A DNA stretch of 64,000 bases from an uncultured Chloroflexia bacterium. Its GTDB lineage: Bacteria > Chloroflexota > Limnocylindria > Limnocylindrales > CSP1-4. The stretch's first letter is position 1. Each line of letters opens with the position of its first letter. Under the pieces are notes generated by a model. It saw nothing but the letters and a program-made list of their open reading frames with translations, was not told the origin of the DNA and ran no database searches. Position numbers and translations under genes: made by a program. Shown piece by piece: positions 53,801 through 61,963 of the stretch. The stretch lies in NCBI GenBank assembly GCA_963766735.1, contig CAVYBU010000008.1, positions 288,001 to 352,000 of the forward strand, read 5' to 3'.

Positions 53801-54785
53801 CGGGGCGCGGATCCTCGTCGGGCACGGGCAGATGGGCGCGGACCGGCTCGAGAAGGTGATGCTCGCGTTCGCCGACGGCGCCGCGGACGTCCTCGTGTGC
53901 ACCACCATCATCGAGTCCGGCCTGGACATCCCGAACGCGAACACCATCGTCATCGACCGCGCGGACACGCTGGGTCTCGCGCAGCTCTACCAGCTCCGCG
54001 GGCGCGTGGGCCGGTCATCGCGCCGCGCGTACGCCTATCTGCTCTACCGCCGCCGCGAGCGCATGAGCGAGGAGGCCCGCAAGCGCCTCCAGGCGATCTT
54101 CAATGCGTCCGAGCTGGGCGCCGGGTTCCAGATCGCGCTGGCGGACCTCGAGATCCGCGGGGCGGGCAACATCCTGGGCGGCGAGCAGTCCGGGCACATG
54201 GCGGCGGTCGGGTTCGACCTGTACAGCCGGCTCCTGGCCGAGGCCGTCGAGGAGGCGAAGGCGCGACGCGAGTTCCGCGAGCCGGTCCGCGAGGCCGTGC
54301 AGGCCGTGGTTGACCTGCCGGTGGATGCGCACCTGCCCGACGATTACGTGCCCGAGGTCGCCCAGAAGCTGGAGCTGTACCGGCGGCTGGCACGGACGCG
54401 GACAGTGGGCGACGTGGCGGCATTCCGGCAGGAGGTGCTGGACCGTTACGGCCCGATGCCCGCGCCGGTCCTGCGGCTGGCCGAGGTGGCGGAGCTGCGG
54501 CTGTCGGCTGAGTCCGCCGGCGTGGCCTCCCTGGCGCGCGAGGAGGGCTGGCTGGTCGTCCGGTTCGGGGCGTCGCTCTCCCGGGCGACCGCGATGCAGC
54601 TGCTGTCACCGTCGTTCGGGGCGCCGCTGCCGGGGGTGCGGGCCGGGGACATGACGTTCGCGTCGAACCAGGTCCGGATCCGTCTGCCGAAGGACGCGCT
54701 CAAGGGCTGGGTGCTGACGCAGGCAGTGGTCTCGCGGCTGGTGGCGGCCGCGGGTGCGACCGGAGGATCGGAGGCAGGGGCATGA
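50874..54785 (+). CDS. mfd: transcription-repair coupling factor
   Basis: RGGIVDVF, VVHIDHGI, GDVGYGKTEVA, VDEEQRFG, SATPIPRTL, QLRGRVGR, TRCF C-terminus; alternative start near 51183. Confidence 0.97.
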   Translation: MTDRYRGRTTRERKLAEKVAREWAERRAAAEVAEQEVDLDRASVEAEVELLDPAARRAEPDRPGAAGAAGATAASSAARARRAAAHARGDRAGTASRGGAGRRVPDLAVLPRLLHATGSFETLRERLGPAAAPAAGIHGRHVGLTTVPHGAKSYLAAAIALAEGGERICWVARDAEIGDRVAEELGAWLGDPSLVAVLEPRTSLAYERSELVPDETAARVAALAAWRGGRAKVMVASVQALLQATLAPDDLPASIRTLRPGSRVILDTLLAELLDHGYAPVLEVAGRGEFARRGGIVDVFPPSAPLPVRIELFGDEIDSLRAFDPTDQRSVGTVTEVALLPATEFLLPPGGADEIRARLGRMAARLPERLTLDLARFSGDAVTEGAAHASSGRALPAGDAAEVWCRVVAPHTGLDHLDPSTLFVLDEPGDLADAAEFLWRQAEERHAELVEGGELPKDWPTAYLPPRDWKARLHGARTLELTWQSEAGTADGMAHASKGLTSGDLFGWRDPVLPPGRTERLVDGVEHWLSERARVVLVSDQAPRLAELLGEAGHPVGIVSRVAEAPPPGAIALVERSLNGGFEGGPDGLAVVTDRELFGTVRVRRPKAMRRVVPRDILERLTAGDLVVHIDHGIARYEQMLRRGEAGQERDYLELSFAAGDRIFVPVEQINRISRYSGGESPQLSRLGGTDWLRAKQRVRKAVTDLAEELLRLYARREAAEGFAFSFDSPWQGEMEASFPYEETPDQLRAAVEVKADMETRRPMDRLVVGDVGYGKTEVALRAAFKATQDGKQVAVLVPTTVLAGQHFTTFSQRFAAFPITVKLLSRFVGAKDQDAAISGLASGGVDIVIGTHRLLSKDVAFRDLGLVVVDEEQRFGVAAKERLKQLRSAVDVLTLSATPIPRTLNLALAGIRDMSVIETPPEDRLPIQTRVAEASAGLVRDAILRELDRGGQVFYVHNRVETIEAQAEQLRRLLPGARILVGHGQMGADRLEKVMLAFADGAADVLVCTTIIESGLDIPNANTIVIDRADTLGLAQLYQLRGRVGRSSRRAYAYLLYRRRERMSEEARKRLQAIFNASELGAGFQIALADLEIRGAGNILGGEQSGHMAAVGFDLYSRLLAEAVEEAKARREFREPVREAVQAVVDLPVDAHLPDDYVPEVAQKLELYRRLARTRTVGDVAAFRQEVLDRYGPMPAPVLRLAEVAELRLSAESAGVASLAREEGWLVVRFGASLSRATAMQLLSPSFGAPLPGVRAGDMTFASNQVRIRLPKDALKGWVLTQAVVSRLVAAAGATGGSEAGA

Positions 54786-55255
54786 CGTGGCGGTGGAGCC
54801 GCCGACGCCGAGCGGCCCGGGTCGTCCTCCTCGATCCGGCGGGTCGCGTCCTGCTCTTCCGCCTGGCGCCGGAGCGCGATCCGGCCGGTCGCGGCTACTG
54901 GTACCTGCCCGGCGGCGGCATCCAGCCGCGCGAGTCGATCGAGGCAGCCGCCCTGCGCGAGCTGCGCGAGGAGACCGGCATCCGAGACGTGACCCTGGGG
55001 GCGATCCTCTCGGAGCGGGCCGGGGTGCGGTTCAACTTTGGCGGCCGTGACATCGTCCAGGACGAGTGGTACGTGGCAGCACACGTGGTGACTGCGCGGG
55101 TCGGCACCGGCCGCCGCGGCGACGGGGAGCGCCGGGCGATCGAGGCGCACCGATGGTGGTCGATCGCCGAGCTTGCCGCGAGCGACGAGGTCGTGCACCC
55201 GCCCGGGCTCGTCGATCTCATCGCGGCCGCGGGGCGGAGCAGCCAGAACAGATGA
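54782..55255 (+). CDS. NUDIX hydrolase
   Basis: PGGGIQPRESIEAAALRELREETG Nudix box. Confidence 0.92.
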   Translation: MTWRWSRRRRAARVVLLDPAGRVLLFRLAPERDPAGRGYWYLPGGGIQPRESIEAAALRELREETGIRDVTLGAILSERAGVRFNFGGRDIVQDEWYVAAHVVTARVGTGRRGDGERRAIEAHRWWSIAELAASDEVVHPPGLVDLIAAAGRSSQNR

Positions 55256-55361
55256 GGTGACCTGGCAGCCGCGGTCCTGCCTCGTCGCGCTGGGCTCGCC
55301 CCTGGACGGCGGCGTCGGAGCGGCTCCTAGCACTGACCATCCCATCTGCTAGGGTGCGGTC

Positions 55362-55769
55362 ATGGTGAGCAAGCGGCTCGACGCGATGATCCACGGCTGG
55401 GTCGAGCGGAGCTACCTCAAGGGCATCAACGGCTACTGGGCCGATCTCGTCCTTTCGGAGTTCGCGTTCCTCGAAGAATGCGGCGGCACGGTCGAAGACG
55501 TGAGCTTCCACCAGAAGGGCGACTACATCCGCTACGTCGGACCCTGGGGCACGGTATTGCTCGAATTCGAGCCTGACTCGAATTGGATCGGCGGCGGTGC
55601 GCGGCTGTCGGGTGAGAGCGCGACGTTCGAGGGCGAACTCGACCGTCTCGTGCGCGAGCGGATGCCAGACAAGGTCCTCCCGCCGAAGTTGCCGCTGGAC
55701 CGCGAGAACATCGCCGCGAACTTGTCCGTGTGGGCCGCGGCGCTGCGAGACTCGCCGGACCTGTTCTGA
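55362..55769 (+). CDS. hypothetical protein
   Basis: Globular-looking composition; ATG 6 nt after TAGGGT. Confidence 0.65.
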   Translation: MVSKRLDAMIHGWVERSYLKGINGYWADLVLSEFAFLEECGGTVEDVSFHQKGDYIRYVGPWGTVLLEFEPDSNWIGGGARLSGESATFEGELDRLVRERMPDKVLPPKLPLDRENIAANLSVWAAALRDSPDLF

Positions 55770-55924
55770 TTCGAGGCCGGACCAGCCTTAAGGCAAGGTC
55801 CACGCCATGTGACATTCCCGCACGCTGGCTGACCACGGGGGTGGCCTCGCGCGGGCTCGAGGGAGCGGGCCACCGGGTCGTCCGACTCTGGCTGTCGCCC
55901 CCCGTGCGATGCATGCTCACCGCT

Positions 55925-55988
55925 GAGCGAGAGGCTCCGACGCGCGGCCCACGCTGCTGGCCGCCGGGACCGCGCCGAGCTACTGGCG
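55925..55988 (+). ncRNA. 3'-truncated copy of the c-di-GMP-II-like aptamer
   Basis: Near-identical to 57709-57773 but lacks AGACCGACCCG. Confidence 0.6.
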
Positions 55989-56009
55989 GCCTGCGGGAGG
56001 TGGCGGGAC

Positions 56010-56510
56010 ATGCCAGAGACCGATCTGTTGCTTTCGCTGGCGGAGATCGCCGGCGTGTTCCTCGGCTTCGGGGCGCTGATCAGCATCAGGAGCGCCGGCA
56101 CGAGCGACGCGTATGAACTGACGTACATCCGCGGCGTGGTCTCGATGGGGACCTATGTGATCGTGGCCGCCCTCGTCCCGGTGACGCTCGGCTACTACGG
56201 CATCACCGGTCACGAGCTCTGGCTGCTGAGCAGTCTCGTGTTCGTCGCGGTCTTCTGGGGAACGTTCGCGGTGGAGGTCGTGCGAGTGCCCGAATCACGG
56301 GTAGTCGGTCTCGCCACGCCGTGGGCGCGGCGGGTGGTCTCGGGGCTGCTGTACGTCCCCATGAACGTCGCGCTGGTCCTCGTCGTGCTCGGCCTGTTTC
56401 CGGACCAGGAGCCCGCCCTCTATCTCACGGCCCTCGGGCTCCTCCTGGTCTTCGCCGCATCCTTCCTGCTGAGCCTCGCGTACTCGTTCGGACGCCCGCA
56501 GACCGCCTGA
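56010..56510 (+). CDS. hypothetical membrane protein (~5 TM)
   Basis: GGAGG SD; LAEIAGVFLGFGALI and further hydrophobic helices. Confidence 0.75.
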   Translation: MPETDLLLSLAEIAGVFLGFGALISIRSAGTSDAYELTYIRGVVSMGTYVIVAALVPVTLGYYGITGHELWLLSSLVFVAVFWGTFAVEVVRVPESRVVGLATPWARRVVSGLLYVPMNVALVLVVLGLFPDQEPALYLTALGLLLVFAASFLLSLAYSFGRPQTA

Positions 56511-56649
56511 GACGACCCGCCGCGCCCGGTTCACCCGTCGGCTCCGATTGCCGACCAGCCGGGTGACGCTCGCGGACGCGACCGGCATCTTGCGGGCCGG
56601 CAAACCCGCCCCGCGCTAGCCTTGGGTCACCAGTGCATGGAGACGCGCG

Positions 56650-57312
56650 TTGAAACTCCTTCTCACGTCCGCCGGGATCACGAACTCGAGCATTCGAGCC
56701 GCCCTGCTTGACATCCTGGGCAAGCCGATCGAGGCGTGCACCGCCCTCGCCAACTCCACGGCGAGCTATCCGCTCCGGCGCGGCCCGCAGCTCGCGTGGA
56801 ACTTCATCGCCGGCGAGCAGCCCCAGACCCCGATGGCCGAGCTCGGCTGGAAGTCTGTCGGCGTCCTCGAGCTCACGGCGCTGCCCAGCATCGCGCGAGC
56901 CGTCTGGCTCCCCCGTGTCGAGGAGGCCGACGTTCTGCTCGTGAACGGCGGCGACACGATCTACCTCGACCGCTGGATGCGCGCGTCCGGGCTGGCAGAG
57001 CTCCTGCCTTCGCTCGATCTCGTGTACGTGGGACTCAGCGCCGGGAGCCTGGTCATGTCGCCATCCGTCGCGGACGACTTCGCTTCCTGGACCCGCCCTG
57101 TCGGGGGCGAAGGGCTGGGCCTCGTCGACTTCGAGATCTTCCCGCACCTCGACAACCCCGATCTACCGGAGAACACCATGGCCGATGCGGAGCGGTGGGC
57201 GGCCAGCCTGACAGGGCCCGGCTACGCGATCGACGACGAGACCGCGATCAAGGTGGTCGATGGGGTCGCCGACGTGATCTCGGAGGGGCACTGGCGGCTG
57301 TTCGAGGCGTAG
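56650..57312 (+). CDS. peptidase E (S51) / class I glutamine amidotransferase-like protein
   Basis: KLLLTSAG, VNGGD, YVGLSAGS, FPH, YAIDDETAI. Confidence 0.88.
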   Translation: MKLLLTSAGITNSSIRAALLDILGKPIEACTALANSTASYPLRRGPQLAWNFIAGEQPQTPMAELGWKSVGVLELTALPSIARAVWLPRVEEADVLLVNGGDTIYLDRWMRASGLAELLPSLDLVYVGLSAGSLVMSPSVADDFASWTRPVGGEGLGLVDFEIFPHLDNPDLPENTMADAERWAASLTGPGYAIDDETAIKVVDGVADVISEGHWRLFEA

Positions 57313-57703
57313 TGCCGTCCCGCGCCGGTTGACGCGTCAGCCGACACCGGCGCTCACGACCGCCAGCGCGGCGGCGCTGGTCCTCGTGTCGCCCGTGGGA
57401 ACCATCGCCAACCTCGCTCGTCTCGATCGCTTGGGACACGTGATCTGGACCGGCGAACCACCGACCACGACCTCGGGCGATCAATGCGTCGGCTCCGTAG
57501 CGGGTGATCCGCTGGTGGTGTCCAGCTTCTCCGGCTTGGAAGGAGCCATCAGTCCGTTGACAGGCAGCGTGCTTTCGCCGGTCCTTCCGAGCGACATCCG
57601 CTCACGCTCGCGGACCTCGGGGTGGCCTCTCGTGCGGTCGGATCCGCTTCGACGACCGAGCCGTTTGCCTCTAGCGCTCGACACCGGCTCGCCCGAGCCT
57701 TCG

Positions 57704-57790
57704 CAGCGGAGCGGGAGGCTCAGACGCGCGGCCCATCACCCACGGCCGCCGGGACCGCGCCGAGCCACTGGCGAGACCGACCCGACTGTC
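57704..57790 (+). ncRNA. c-di-GMP-II-like riboswitch aptamer
   Basis: P2 GGCUC/GAGCC, P3 GCGCGGCCC/GGGACCGCGC, loop GGCCGCC able to pseudoknot with GGCG-AGA-CC, 3' ACCGACC; architecture matches class II by eye only. Confidence 0.72.
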
Positions 57791-57809
57791 CTCTGCAGGA
57801 GGGTTTCAC

Positions 57810-58166
57810 ATGGCCGAGTTCGCGTTGTTCATCGGCTGGGGCGCGACAAACCCGGGTCGCGAGATTGCAGCGACGAAGGTGTTCGGCGAGGCCGTCGCCT
57901 ACTGGACCGGGCTCGAGGCGGCGGGCGAGATCGAGAGTTACGAGACCGTCATCCTCGGGTACCACGGAGGAGACCTGGCTGGCTTCGCCCTGTTGCGCGG
58001 TGACCCGGAGCGGCTGGGGCGGCTCAGCATGTCGCCCGAGTTCCAGCGCCTCACCAGGCGTGCCGCTGCCGTCGTCAAGAATGTGGGCGTCGTCAACGCC
58101 GCCCTCGATACCCAGGCGTTGCGCTGGGTGGGTGAGACCAACCAGGCGCTTGCCGACCTGATCTGA
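57810..58166 (+). CDS. hypothetical protein downstream of the riboswitch
   Basis: GGAGG SD; LFIGWG...GRE...HGGDLAGF. Confidence 0.8.
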   Translation: MAEFALFIGWGATNPGREIAATKVFGEAVAYWTGLEAAGEIESYETVILGYHGGDLAGFALLRGDPERLGRLSMSPEFQRLTRRAAAVVKNVGVVNAALDTQALRWVGETNQALADLI

Positions 58167-58419
58167 CGCTGGTCACCGCCTCCCGGCGGTGCACCGACAC
58201 CCGGCCCCCGGGTTCGCTCCCGGCGACGAGCTCTCCTCGGAGGGTCGGACGCGCACCGGGCGTCCGGGGGCCGTCTGCCTCTGGTGTCTGCGCGCACGCG
58301 GGCGGACGCCGGCGTGGCCTTGTGCGAGCGTGATGCACCGGGTGACCGGAGCGGGGGAGCCCCTGCGCCCGGCGCCGGACGCTCCTCGCCGGGGCTCAGG
58401 GCGTTCGGGGCTCCGAGGA

Positions 58420-59412
58420 TCAGGTGATCGCCCGGTGGAGCCGCCGGAACGTCGGCCGGAAGCCGAGCCCGCGCCACGCTCGGTCGGCCTCGAGATTGGT
58501 GGACCGCCAGTCGGTCGTGATCGTCTCGTAGCCCGCGTCCCGGCCCCAGGCGAGGATCGTCTCGCCGAGCGCCCGACCGACGCCGAGGCCGCGCGCCTCG
58601 GGCAGCACCGCGGCGTAGCCGAGAAACCCCGCCCGAGCCGGACGGATGAGGCTCGTGTTCGCGCTCGACTCCTCGATCGAACAGCCGGTCGCGGTGCCGA
58701 CGACGCGGCCGCCGGCCTCGGCCACGAACGTCGTGAACCGCGGATCGTCGAAGTCCTGCTCCAGCTCGGCCCGGACCTCCTCGATGGGCTGGATGGGGAA
58801 GTGCGAGAACACCGGTGCGAGCCGGCTGTGGCGAGGCAGGACGAGGTCGAGCTCGGCCAGCGCGGGCAGGTCGGCCCGCTTCGCGCGCCGGATGACCAGT
58901 GCGGACTGGGACACGACGCCGAACGAGGCGGGCGGCGGTTCGCGAACGGCGTGGAGGTGCTGCTGCCCGAAGTCGAGGCTGAACCAGGCCTCCACCAGGT
59001 CCTCGTCCGCGGCCGGCACCAGGACGTGCTGGTTCGCCCGACCCGCGTCCACCCACGCCTCCGCAGCAACGGCGTACAGCGCCCGGACGACGGCTGGACC
59101 GGTCGCGGCGTGTCCTGCCGCCTCGACCCAGACGTTGCCGCCCCATGTCGCCGGATCCTTCGAGATCCCGATGAGGAACCCGACGAGCGATCCACCCGCC
59201 GACGCGGCCCAGGCCGTGGCCGAGTCGGCCGCGAGCAGCGATTCGATCTCGAGCCGCGCCGCGGCGGGCGTCTCGTAGGCCGGGTCGAGCAGTGGCTCTG
59301 CCAGCCGGTGCCGGCGGTGCCGCGCGGCGAGGAGCCCTGCGGCCCCATCGAGATCCCTCTCCTCGAAGGGACGGATCTGCACGGGTCGGGAGTGTGGTTC
59401 GGCCGTCGCCAT
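58420..59412 (-). CDS. tandem GNAT acetyltransferase
   Basis: Two GNAT-like halves; AVLPEARGLGVGRAL, WRGLGF. Confidence 0.85.
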   Translation of the reverse strand: MATAEPHSRPVQIRPFEERDLDGAAGLLAARHRRHRLAEPLLDPAYETPAAARLEIESLLAADSATAWAASAGGSLVGFLIGISKDPATWGGNVWVEAAGHAATGPAVVRALYAVAAEAWVDAGRANQHVLVPAADEDLVEAWFSLDFGQQHLHAVREPPPASFGVVSQSALVIRRAKRADLPALAELDLVLPRHSRLAPVFSHFPIQPIEEVRAELEQDFDDPRFTTFVAEAGGRVVGTATGCSIEESSANTSLIRPARAGFLGYAAVLPEARGLGVGRALGETILAWGRDAGYETITTDWRSTNLEADRAWRGLGFRPTFRRLHRAIT

Positions 59413-59525
59413 GGCCGATAGCGTAGATCCTCTGGTCGGTGTCTCGCGTGCAGCGGGGCGACTTGGGCCGTCTGCCTCTTGAGTCCGGCAGCCGTAACGC
59501 AGAGCCTTCGCTGCGTGAGGAGCAG

Positions 59526-59975
59526 ATGACCGGGGCTGAGCTGGCCTTCGCGGCGTTCGGAGTGGCCACGCAGGCGTTGCTGCTGTGCTTCTTCGCGGCG
59601 CGTCGCTGGGCGCCCCGGCTTGCGGCGCGTTTCGGCTGGGTGGCCTACGCCTTCTCCGGCCTCGGGCTGCCGCTGGGCCTGGGGCTGCTCCTCGACGGAC
59701 AGACCTGGAGATTGTTCGTCGGCCCGTTGCTGATGGCCCTGTGGGCCCTCTTCGGGGCGATCGTCGACCTGTGGCGTCAGCGCCAATGGCGTGGCCCACC
59801 GGTGGTCTGGACTGTCCTCATCCCGTACGTGGCTCTCTACTTCTCGGCCCAGATGTTCCTGTGGTGGCCCCTGTGGAACATCGAGCGCGCCGCCTGGGTG
59901 CTCTTCCTCATCCTGTTCGTCGCGAGCACTGCCATCAACTTCCGCGGGCATTTCGGCGACGGGGCGGACGGCTAG
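59526..59975 (+). CDS. hypothetical membrane protein
   Basis: GAGGAG SD; about 5 hydrophobic segments. Confidence 0.75.
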   Translation: MTGAELAFAAFGVATQALLLCFFAARRWAPRLAARFGWVAYAFSGLGLPLGLGLLLDGQTWRLFVGPLLMALWALFGAIVDLWRQRQWRGPPVVWTVLIPYVALYFSAQMFLWWPLWNIERAAWVLFLILFVASTAINFRGHFGDGADG

Positions 59976-60161
59976 GGACGGGGATCCACGCCGCGCCGGT
60001 CTTGAGGATCACCACCGCCCTCTCGCGGAGCGCGGTTCGCGGCGTTCGGTGGTTGCCGTACGCTGCAGGCACACGAGTGAACCGACCCGCGTCCACCACC
60101 AGCGGGGTCTCGAGCCCATGCACGATCCGGGAGCGGGAGGCTCGTTGAGCGAGGACGGCAG

Positions 60162-60974
60162 TTGAAGCGAGTGGCGAGGACCGGTGGACGAGCGCGGGTC
60201 CGCTTCGTCCGCCTCCTCATCGTCGCGCTGGCGGGCCTGCTGATCGGGATCGGCCTGTTCTGGGTCGTCAGTGCCGCAATGCAGCCGCGGCGCACGACCC
60301 AGGTGTATGACCCGCCGGTCCTCGCTGGGCAGCAGCTCTGGGGGGCGTGTGCCGGTGGGTTCTACGCCCGCCACGGGGACACGATCGTGCTCACCTCCAC
60401 CGGCCACTGCACCCGCGAGGGCACCGTGGCCTACGACCCGGACGGCACAACCGTGCGCGGCGTCTTCGGCCCGGCCGCCCGGGATGACACGTGCCCATAC
60501 CCCGGGCACAGCTGTGCGTCGTCCGACATCAACTACCTGGTGGTCGCGTCAGACCGCATCCCGTGGGGCCACCTCAACGTCGTGGACCTGGGCACGGCGG
60601 GCTACCGGGTCATCGAGCCCGGGACGCGACCGCTCGCCTGCTCCGACGTTGCGATCGGCGACCTGGTCGAGATCGACGGCCGCAACGTGTACCGGAGCGG
60701 GACGGTGGTCGAGAAGGGCGAGAACCTCCACCCGGAAGACGGCTCCTACTTCCCGTGCATGATCGCCGCGGACATCAAGGTCGGCGTCGGAGACTCCGGC
60801 GGCGCGGTCCTCGTGCGAGGCATCCCGGCGGGGGTCACGAGTCGCGCCTTCGGAGGCTGGCTCGGGTTCACGCCCCTGGCCGAGGGGCTGGAGCAGCTTG
60901 GGCTGGAGCTCTGCACCACGCCCGACTGCGGGCTCGAGCCGCCCGCGGCCGAGCCTGCGGGAGTGGACCAGTGA
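60162..60974 (+). CDS. membrane-anchored/secreted trypsin-like (S1) serine protease
   Basis: N-terminal TM; STGHC, SDINY, GDSGG catalytic-triad motifs. Confidence 0.75.
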   Translation: MKRVARTGGRARVRFVRLLIVALAGLLIGIGLFWVVSAAMQPRRTTQVYDPPVLAGQQLWGACAGGFYARHGDTIVLTSTGHCTREGTVAYDPDGTTVRGVFGPAARDDTCPYPGHSCASSDINYLVVASDRIPWGHLNVVDLGTAGYRVIEPGTRPLACSDVAIGDLVEIDGRNVYRSGTVVEKGENLHPEDGSYFPCMIAADIKVGVGDSGGAVLVRGIPAGVTSRAFGGWLGFTPLAEGLEQLGLELCTTPDCGLEPPAAEPAGVDQ

Positions 60975-61049
60975 CCACGTCGTCCGTCGGCCACGGCGCC
61001 CTCCGTGGGATGATCCCCGCACGTTCGTCCCCAGCGGCAGGAGGTCTGC

Positions 61050-61412
61050 ATGCCCAAGCACGACACCGTCGAGGCGTACCTGGCCGCGCTCCCGGCCGAC
61101 CAGCGCACGGTCCTCGAGGCGCTTCGCGCGACGATCCGGGCCGCCGCACCCCAGGCGACCGAGCAGATCTCGTACGACATGCCCGCGTTCAAGGCCAACG
61201 GCCGGCTCCTCGTCTCCTACGCGGCGTTCACACGCCACTTCAGCCTGTTTCCCGCGAGTGGGGCAGTGCTGGATGCGCTCGGTGACGAGATCGCGCCGTA
61301 TCACACGGGCAAGGGCACGATCCGGTTCACGGCCGACAGGCCGCTGCCCGAGGACCTCGTGAGCAGGATCGTCAGGGTTCGCCTGGAGGAGAACGCAGGG
61401 CCCCGTGGCTGA
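61050..61412 (+). CDS. DUF1801 (YdhG-like) protein
   Basis: EQISYDMPAF, HFSLFP, GKGTIRF...PLP. Confidence 0.88.
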   Translation: MPKHDTVEAYLAALPADQRTVLEALRATIRAAAPQATEQISYDMPAFKANGRLLVSYAAFTRHFSLFPASGAVLDALGDEIAPYHTGKGTIRFTADRPLPEDLVSRIVRVRLEENAGPRG

Positions 61413-61950
61413 TCGGGTCCAGCTCAGGCGCATCGTCTCGGGGGAGCTCACGCCAGCCGAGCTCGCACAGATGCTGGACCTGTTCGCGGCGGCCTGGCCC
61501 GCGGCGGACTTCACGCCCGATGACGTCGACCACGCGATTGGCGGCGTGCACTGGGTGGCCGAGGCCGACGGGCGGATCATCGGGCACGCGTCGGTGGTTG
61601 AGCGCCTGCTCGAGGCTGACGGACAGCCGATCCGGACGGGCTACGTCGAGGCGGTGGCGACGCTGCCGGCGTGGCAGGGGCGAGGGATCGCGACGCAGCT
61701 GATGGAGGCAGCCGGCGAGCACATCCGGGCCGAGTTCGAGCTGGGTGCCCTGAGCACAGCCGCCCACCGGTTGTATGAGGGGCTTGGCTGGGAGCGGTGG
61801 AATGGGCCGACGTTCGTACGCACGGCCGCTGGCTCGGCCCGCACCGCGGATGAGGACGGCGGGATCATGATCCTCCGCACCTCACGGACGCCGACCCTTG
61901 CCCTGACCGAAGCGCTCAGCTGTGACTGGCGCGCGGGCGACGTCTGGTAG
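61405..61950 (+). CDS. aminoglycoside 2'-N-acetyltransferase-like GNAT
   Basis: HAIGGVH, HASVV.R, GYVEAVA, LGALS, C-terminal CDWRAGDVW typical of AAC(2')-I. Confidence 0.85.
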   Translation: MADRVQLRRIVSGELTPAELAQMLDLFAAAWPAADFTPDDVDHAIGGVHWVAEADGRIIGHASVVERLLEADGQPIRTGYVEAVATLPAWQGRGIATQLMEAAGEHIRAEFELGALSTAAHRLYEGLGWERWNGPTFVRTAAGSARTADEDGGIMILRTSRTPTLALTEALSCDWRAGDVW

Positions 61951-61963
61951 CGGTTCCCGACCC

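Noticed and set aside
57313-57650. Possible gene or pseudogene in the gap after the peptidase E gene
   Set aside because: No frame gives a recognisable protein; it may be a decayed remnant but I cannot support a call
60084-60126. Fifth copy of the 14-bp promoter-proximal motif before the protease gene
   Set aside because: The sequence at the expected spacing does not match the motif
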